Origin: Prochlorococcus marinus subsp. pastoris str. CCMP1986
GTDB lineage: Bacteria > Cyanobacteriota > Cyanobacteriia > PCC-6307 > Cyanobiaceae
DNA: 32,000 nucleotides
NCBI RefSeq assembly: GCF_000011465.1
Contig: NC_005072.1
Coordinates: 810,001-842,000, forward strand
Reading direction: 5' to 3'
Below, piece by piece: positions 26,194-32,000 of this stretch. A program made the position numbers and the translations under genes. The notes below the pieces were generated by a model that ran no database searches, was not told where the DNA came from, and saw nothing but the letters and a program-made list of their open reading frames with translations. The number at the start of each line of letters is the position of its first letter. Positions within the stretch are counted from its first letter, which is position 1.

Positions 26194-27108
26194 TTAACTA
26201 ATATCAATGCGTGTTATCCAATCATCATAGTCTTGTGAACGGCCTTCCGTTATTTCGATAAGCTTATTTTTCAATTTTGTCATTATGGGACGATAATTAT
26301 TAATATTTGTTGATTCTATTTGCTTTACAGGTGTAATTTTAGCTGCTGTACCAGTTAGAAATACTTCATCAGCAATAAGTAATTCTGTTTTATCAACAGG
26401 TCTTTCAATAACATTTATACCAAACGATTTCGCCAATTCAATAACACTAGCTCTAGTAATTCCTTCTAGGATGTCTTGATCAACTCCTGGAGTAATCAGT
26501 TCACCATTTCTTACTATAAATAAGTTCATTCCACTAGCTTCACTTACTTTACCACTAGAATTTAACAGCAATGCTTCGTCAAATCCTGATAAACTAGCCT
26601 CTGTTTTGGCTAATGAACTGGTAATGTAAGCACCGCTTATCTTACCTCTTAAAGGTAGAGATCTATCTTCTTGTCTTGTCCAACTACTCATCCTACAAGA
26701 CACACCATCGGGAGATAAATAGTCTCCTAGTTCAATACAATAAATGAAGAAATCAGTTTCTATATTATGTAATCTTGGAGCAATACCTAAATCACTTGTA
26801 TAAACAAAAGGCCTTATGTAGATCGGTTTTGAAGGTTTATTTTTTTTTAATATTGTTTTTAGTGCATTAAATATATATTCTTCAGATATTTCTGTTAAAA
26901 GCAATCTTGCACTTTGAGATAACCTTTTTACGTGTTTATCTGTTCTAAATAAAAGAAATTCATCCTTATTAGATGGATTTGGAATAGCTCTCATTCCTCC
27001 AAAGGCTGCTGTTCCATAATGAAGTGCATGAGTTGCTATTGACACTTTTGCATCTTTAAAGGGTATACACTTACCTTCAAACCAGGCATATGGAAGAAAT
27101 TCTTGCAT
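26194..27108 (-). CDS. ilvE: Branched-chain amino acid aminotransferase
   Basis: 304 aa. HALHYGTAAFGGMRA, EASGMNLF and ILEGITR are fold-type IV PLP aminotransferase motifs. The gene lies 24 nt upstream of metH on the same strand. Confidence 0.9.
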   Translation of the reverse strand: MQEFLPYAWFEGKCIPFKDAKVSIATHALHYGTAAFGGMRAIPNPSNKDEFLLFRTDKHVKRLSQSARLLLTEISEEYIFNALKTILKKNKPSKPIYIRPFVYTSDLGIAPRLHNIETDFFIYCIELGDYLSPDGVSCRMSSWTRQEDRSLPLRGKISGAYITSSLAKTEASLSGFDEALLLNSSGKVSEASGMNLFIVRNGELITPGVDQDILEGITRASVIELAKSFGINVIERPVDKTELLIADEVFLTGTAAKITPVKQIESTNINNYRPIMTKLKNKLIEITEGRSQDYDDWITRIDIS

Positions 27109-27179
27109 ATTTTATTTTAGAAATGAGTTAAAATTGTTCTAACTTACTTAAGTATTCTAAACCTAATTGTTATATATAA

Positions 27180-30100
27180 ATGCATAGGATATTAAATATT
27201 GCTGGAAATGAAAATAATAACGTTGATTTAATTGAACATCCTAAAGCTGATTTTATATTTATCACAAGCGTAAAAGCTGATATTAATATAATTTCTGATT
27301 TAATTGAAGATAAAGAATTTCTTTTATTCCAGGATAATTTTAGAGCATTAGAAATTTCAAACCTAAATACATTCGCACAAATAGATAATTATTTTTTAAA
27401 AACAATAAATTATGCAAAAATAGTTGTTTTAAGATTGTTTGGTGATAAAGGGACATGGAGTTATGGACTTGAACAATTAATAAAATGGAAAGAAGTAAAT
27501 CTTAATAAGACTCTTTTAATTCTTTCTGGAACTGATGAAGAGGATTTATCACTAAATGAATTAAGTAGCGTAGATTTAGATACTTCATTAAAAATTAGTA
27601 AACTTCTTAAGTCAGGAGGAAAGGAGAATTATCGAAGATTTCTTTATTGTTTAAGTTATCTATCATCTAATGAAACTAATATTCCACAAAAATATATCTC
27701 TAACGTCAGTTATCCAGATCCTTATCAATATGATTGGAAAAATGAAAAAGGATTAAAGGTTGGAATAATTTCTTATAAATCATTGTTTTTAGCTAATGAA
27801 ATTGAATTATCAAATGAATTAATATCTCAACTAAGGTGTAATGGTTTGTCACCTAAAACAGTATTTATTTCAACTTTAAAAAATTATGATGTTCAGAAGG
27901 AATTGATTAATCTTTTTAAAAAAGAAGATATAAGACTGCTAATAACAACTACCTCTTTTTCTTCCTCGCTTAATAGTTCTAATGAAAATATAGATAATAA
28001 TTTGAATATCTTTAAATCACTTAATCTTCCAATCCTTCAAATACTCTCTTCTAATAAATCCAGAAATAATTGGTTGCACTCATCAACTGGAATGAATCCA
28101 ACAGATTTGTTAATGCAAATAATTATTCCAGAATTTGATGGACGAATTACAACAAAACCTTGTGCTTTTAAAGAGGTTATTTCTGTAAATAGAACCTTAT
28201 GTAGCAAAATTACAAGTTACAAAGTTGATTTTGGAAATATTAAATGGATAACAAAACTTACAAATAATTATCTAAGACTAAATAATTTAAATAATTTTGA
28301 TAAAAAGATATCATTAGTAATTGCAAATTATCCTGTAAAAAATGGAAGAATTGGAAATGGAGTCGGTTTAAATACTCCGCAGTCTGTCCTTAATATTCTT
28401 TATTGGTTAAAAAATGAAGGTTATGATCTTGGTTCTGGAGAATTACCTAAAAATTCATCAGAACTAATTTCGTTACTTATAAAAACTAGAACAAATGATA
28501 TTGAATCTCAAAATAATAAACCTCTTGATTTTTTATCATTAAATGAATACTTAGAATTTTGGAACAAACTATCCCTTAAACCTAAAAATCTTATCGTTGA
28601 TAGATGGGGTATTCCATCTAATTCTCAAGATTTAGAAAAACAAGGTTTTTCGATTAATGGTCTTTTATTTGGAAAAATATGTTTACTAATTCAACCTCAA
28701 AGAGGTTACGATATTGAATCTAATAAAGATATACATTCTCCAGATCTACCACCACCCCATAGATATCTAGCCCAATATTATTGGATTGAAAGTAAATTTG
28801 ATTCGAATGCTATTTGTCATATAGGTAAACATGGCACTATTGAATGGTTACCAGGAAAATCTATAGGACTTAGTGATGAATGCTTCCCGAGTATTATTTG
28901 TCCACCAATTCCAAATATATATCCATTTATTGTTAATGACCCAGGAGAAGGATCGCAAGCAAAAAGGCGAACTCATGCAACAATAATTGATCATCTAACA
29001 CCTCCTTTAGATAGATCTGATTTGTATGGAAAACTCTCGATTTTAGAAGAATGTTTAGACGAATACTATGAGGCTAAGTTATTAAATTCTAAGCGAATAA
29101 ACATTATCGAAAAATCTATATTAGAAATTATAAAAAATGATTTTAAAGATATTATATTTTTTGACGAATCAAATAAAATTGAAAAGATTGACTCATATCT
29201 ATGTGAACTAAAAGAATCACAAATAAGAACTGGTCTTCACATTTTTGGAACTAGACAAAAATTTATAAATGAAATTAATTTAATCATAAGTATTGCAAGA
29301 GTTCCAACTTCAAAACGTAGTGGGATAATCCAATACATCGCTTCAAATCTTAATTTAGATTTAGATCCATGGACTAATAACTATGATCAAGTTCTTAGTG
29401 ATAACGATAAAGAAATTATTAGTAATTATTCAAAAGATAATATCAATAGCTTTAGAAGAGCATTAGAATTTATAGAAAATCAAGCAAAATATTTAATTTA
29501 TCATTATTTTTACAAAGACCAAATAACTCTAAATGAATTAGAAATATTAGAAAATAAAAATATATTATTATTATTTAATGTAGGTAAAAAACATAAAGAT
29601 TTTTTTAATCTAATTCATAAAGAAATATTAGAACCTATAGTTAAATCGACCATAAATGAGAAGGCATCATTTATAAATGCTTTAAATGGAATATATGTAA
29701 GTAGCGGACCATCAGGAGCTCCAACACGAGGTAAAACTGAAGTTCTACCTACAGGTAAAAATTTTTTTTCGATTGACTCCAGAGGCTTACCAACAGAATC
29801 GGCATGGATTGTTGGATGTGAATCAGCTTCTCAAATAATTGATTTATATAAACAGGATCATGGACAAGACCTTAAAAAATTAGCAATTTCTGTATGGGCT
29901 ACATCTACAATGAGAAACGGAGGGGAGGATGTTTGTCAAATATTGTATTTACTTGGCGTAAAACCCATTTGGGATGGTCCTTCTAGAAGAGTCATTGATT
30001 TAGAAATAATTCCTTTAAGTATTCTTAATAGACCAAGAGTTGATGTTACTTTAAGAATCTCGGGTATGTTTAGGGATGCATTTCCTCAATTAATATCTTT

Positions 30101-30917
30101 AGTTTACAAAGCTGTAAAATTAGTTTCTCAACTTGACGAAGATAAAAAATTAAATCCAATTTCAGCATCTTATAAAGACGGAGATTCTTTAAATCGAATT
30201 TTTGGTTCTGCACCTGGATCATATGGAGCTGGATTGCAAGAACTTATATCTAATTCTAGTTGGGAAAATAAAAATGATTTTGCTGATTCTTATTTAAACT
30301 GGAGTAAGTGGATATATTCTGATGGAAATGAACCTATCGAAAACAAAAAAGAATTAGAAAAAGCGCTTAAAAATATTCAAGTAGTTATTCATAATCAAGA
30401 TAACAGAGAACATGATATTTTGGATTCTGATGATTATTATCAATTTCAAGGAGGAATATCATCAGCAATAAATAAACTACAAGGCAAATTTCCCGAAATA
30501 TATCATGGTGATTTATCAAAATATCGTTTATCTAAAATAAATAAATTAAGCTATGAAATAAATAAGGTTATTAGGACAAGAGTGCTTAATCCAAAATGGA
30601 TTGATGGAATGAAGGAAAACGGATATAAAGGTGCCTTTGAGTTTTCTGCAACGCTCGATTATTTATATGCTTATGATGCCACAACGGAAATCGTATCTGA
30701 TTGGTGTTATACCCAAATATATAATTCTTGGATATGTAATGAGAAACTTAAAAAGTTTTTTATCGAGAATAATCCATGGGCCTTAAGAGATCTATCCCAA
30801 AGATTTCTTGAGATTATTAATAGAGAAATGTGGAATGACCATACTCCAGAAATATTAGAAAATTTAAAAAAGATTGTTAATATGGCTGATGCCAACATTG
30901 AGAAAAACGAATACTAG
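27180..30917 (+). CDS. cobN: Cobaltochelatase large subunit CobN
   Basis: 1245 aa. CobN/Mg-chelatase H-family segments are present (HIGKHGTIEWLPGK, IYPFIVNDPGEGSQAKRR, PSGAPTRG, LPTGKNFFS). It is divergent from ilvE. Confidence 0.95.
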   Translation: MHRILNIAGNENNNVDLIEHPKADFIFITSVKADINIISDLIEDKEFLLFQDNFRALEISNLNTFAQIDNYFLKTINYAKIVVLRLFGDKGTWSYGLEQLIKWKEVNLNKTLLILSGTDEEDLSLNELSSVDLDTSLKISKLLKSGGKENYRRFLYCLSYLSSNETNIPQKYISNVSYPDPYQYDWKNEKGLKVGIISYKSLFLANEIELSNELISQLRCNGLSPKTVFISTLKNYDVQKELINLFKKEDIRLLITTTSFSSSLNSSNENIDNNLNIFKSLNLPILQILSSNKSRNNWLHSSTGMNPTDLLMQIIIPEFDGRITTKPCAFKEVISVNRTLCSKITSYKVDFGNIKWITKLTNNYLRLNNLNNFDKKISLVIANYPVKNGRIGNGVGLNTPQSVLNILYWLKNEGYDLGSGELPKNSSELISLLIKTRTNDIESQNNKPLDFLSLNEYLEFWNKLSLKPKNLIVDRWGIPSNSQDLEKQGFSINGLLFGKICLLIQPQRGYDIESNKDIHSPDLPPPHRYLAQYYWIESKFDSNAICHIGKHGTIEWLPGKSIGLSDECFPSIICPPIPNIYPFIVNDPGEGSQAKRRTHATIIDHLTPPLDRSDLYGKLSILEECLDEYYEAKLLNSKRINIIEKSILEIIKNDFKDIIFFDESNKIEKIDSYLCELKESQIRTGLHIFGTRQKFINEINLIISIARVPTSKRSGIIQYIASNLNLDLDPWTNNYDQVLSDNDKEIISNYSKDNINSFRRALEFIENQAKYLIYHYFYKDQITLNELEILENKNILLLFNVGKKHKDFFNLIHKEILEPIVKSTINEKASFINALNGIYVSSGPSGAPTRGKTEVLPTGKNFFSIDSRGLPTESAWIVGCESASQIIDLYKQDHGQDLKKLAISVWATSTMRNGGEDVCQILYLLGVKPIWDGPSRRVIDLEIIPLSILNRPRVDVTLRISGMFRDAFPQLISLVYKAVKLVSQLDEDKKLNPISASYKDGDSLNRIFGSAPGSYGAGLQELISNSSWENKNDFADSYLNWSKWIYSDGNEPIENKKELEKALKNIQVVIHNQDNREHDILDSDDYYQFQGGISSAINKLQGKFPEIYHGDLSKYRLSKINKLSYEINKVIRTRVLNPKWIDGMKENGYKGAFEFSATLDYLYAYDATTEIVSDWCYTQIYNSWICNEKLKKFFIENNPWALRDLSQRFLEIINREMWNDHTPEILENLKKIVNMADANIEKNEY

Positions 30918-30918
30918 T

Positions 30919-31566
30919 TTATCTGCCCAATAATGAATATCCATGACTATCTGTTCCGCAGGTTTTAAGCATATTAAGGCTTTCTGTTATTTTATTTATC
31001 TCTGAACATACAAAATTACTTGGTTGCCATCTTTCTCTTAAATCATAATCGTACCAAACCTCAATCCCATCAACTCCCTGCTTATTAGCTTCAGGGATAA
31101 GTTTATAAAAGGGAATTCTGTACCTCGCTGGATGTGCAAGAAAAGATAACCCTCCTGATAATCTGATTGCTTTTGTTACCGAATTGATGTGTAAATCATT
31201 CCCAATTGGGGACTCACCTTGAATATAAGGTGTTAGATTTGTACTTTTTATATTAATTCCTAATCCAATAACGTGAACTAAGCATCCAAGAAGTAAACAA
31301 TTTATTTCAATTCCTGAAATTAGTTTAAAAGAATCAGTTGGATATTTTTCAAGTATATTATTTTGTTCAATAAAATCATGTGCTTTAACAGTGTGATGAT
31401 CTGTTATGGATATAAATTTTATTTTATTAATAAAGGCTTGATCTAATAATTGTTCTGGATCAAAGCTCCCATCACTAAATTTCGTATGACAATGAAAATT
31501 AACTAAGCCTGGACAGCTTTCTTTATTTATATTTGCTGTTATTTTTATTAAATCTTGCTTATCCAT
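30919..31566 (-). CDS. PHP-domain metal-dependent phosphoesterase
   Basis: NFHCHTKFSDGS, ISITDHHTV, LAHPARY and GTDSHG are the PHP histidine/aspartate motifs. Length 215 aa. Confidence 0.75.
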   Translation of the reverse strand: MDKQDLIKITANINKESCPGLVNFHCHTKFSDGSFDPEQLLDQAFINKIKFISITDHHTVKAHDFIEQNNILEKYPTDSFKLISGIEINCLLLGCLVHVIGLGINIKSTNLTPYIQGESPIGNDLHINSVTKAIRLSGGLSFLAHPARYRIPFYKLIPEANKQGVDGIEVWYDYDLRERWQPSNFVCSEINKITESLNMLKTCGTDSHGYSLLGR

Positions 31567-32000
31567 TCTTTAGAGATTCTTCATTTTTTTTTCTGATCTT
31601 TGCATATAACTGAATAGATAAAAGCATAAATATTATTAGTCCAAATACACTCCATGTCGCAATACTGGTGGGGAAATTATTTTTAAAAATAACTAATAGG
31701 ACAATTACAAATAACAATAATGTAGGAAGTTCATTTAGTAATCTAAGGTTTTTTGCAGATATTTTTGAAGTACCATTCTGTAAAGAGTTCATTATTTTAT
31801 AACAGTAAACATGATATATGACTAAGCCCAAAACAAAAGAAATTTTTATCTGAAGCCATTTTTCGCTGAGCCATCCAGGTTGCATAATTACTAAACAGAT
31901 AGCCATACTTAAAGCCAGTATCATTCCTGGAGTAGTAATAATATTTGCAAGCCTTTTTTCCATCAAGGAATATTGATCATTAAACGCAATCTTCAAATCA
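31559..32000 (-). CDS. hemJ: HemJ-type protoporphyrinogen IX oxidase (UPF0093 family), N-terminus beyond the window edge
   Basis: LMEKRL.NIITTPGM...W...WL.IK...V..L..YH..C.....L......S...LR.LNE.PT.LL..IV.LV.FK...P closely matches cyanobacterial HemJ as I recall it. The ORF is open at 32000. An 8-nt overlap with the PHP gene implies an operon. Confidence 0.75.
   Translation of the reverse strand, partial: DLKIAFNDQYSLMEKRLANIITTPGMILALSMAICLVIMQPGWLSEKWLQIKISFVLGLVIYHVYCYKIMNSLQNGTSKISAKNLRLLNELPTLLLFVIVLLVIFKNNFPTSIATWSVFGLIIFMLLSIQLYAKIRKKNEESLKNG

Noticed and set aside
27109-27179. Possible cobalamin riboswitch upstream of cobN or ilvE-metH
   Set aside because: The divergent intergenic region is only 71 nt, far too short for a B12 riboswitch, and no B12-box-like sequence is visible.
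30707-30898. 63-aa minus-strand ORF at the cobN 3' end
   Set aside because: Shadow ORF antisense to cobN.

Overview
The window is very AT-rich (about 30% G+C by eye, not computed). Its housekeeping proteins look cyanobacterial, and I infer a high-light Prochlorococcus-type chromosome. No database search was possible. Most of the window is conserved core genome. On the left are rpmF, an FtsH-family AAA+ protein, a polytopic membrane protein and a 2-Cys peroxiredoxin. From 10.3 kb onward come trmL-cobU, three membrane or lipoprotein ORFs, the minus-strand run rpmG-rpsR-RNB exoribonuclease-metG, pheT, a J-domain protein, an Ap4A-phosphorylase-like HIT protein, a DUF2237-like protein, ilvE-metH, cobN, a PHP phosphoesterase and a truncated hemJ. 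Two patches look accessory. (1) Region 3.5-10.3 kb is a hypervariable islet of about 20 tiny ORFs of 19-122 aa, many with a single TM helix. It also holds a ribbon-helix-helix (RHH) regulator with recurring TAGTG-N3-CACT dyads, a chain of four translationally overlapping mini-ORFs, two divergent paralogs sharing a GWRKT C-terminus, and two tRNA genes (Thr-CGU, Met-CAU) whose 3' ends face each other. (2) Region 18.85-19.62 kb holds a compositionally foreign (about 43% GC), Trp-rich small ORF that appears leaderless. It is followed by a convergent intergenic region carrying four copies of a 16-bp palindrome, AGTCTTATnTAAGAyT. I recognised no rRNA, CRISPR array, transposase, integrase or known defence system. 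The candidates for something undescribed are small-protein and regulatory cassettes, and I cannot assign them a function from sequence alone.
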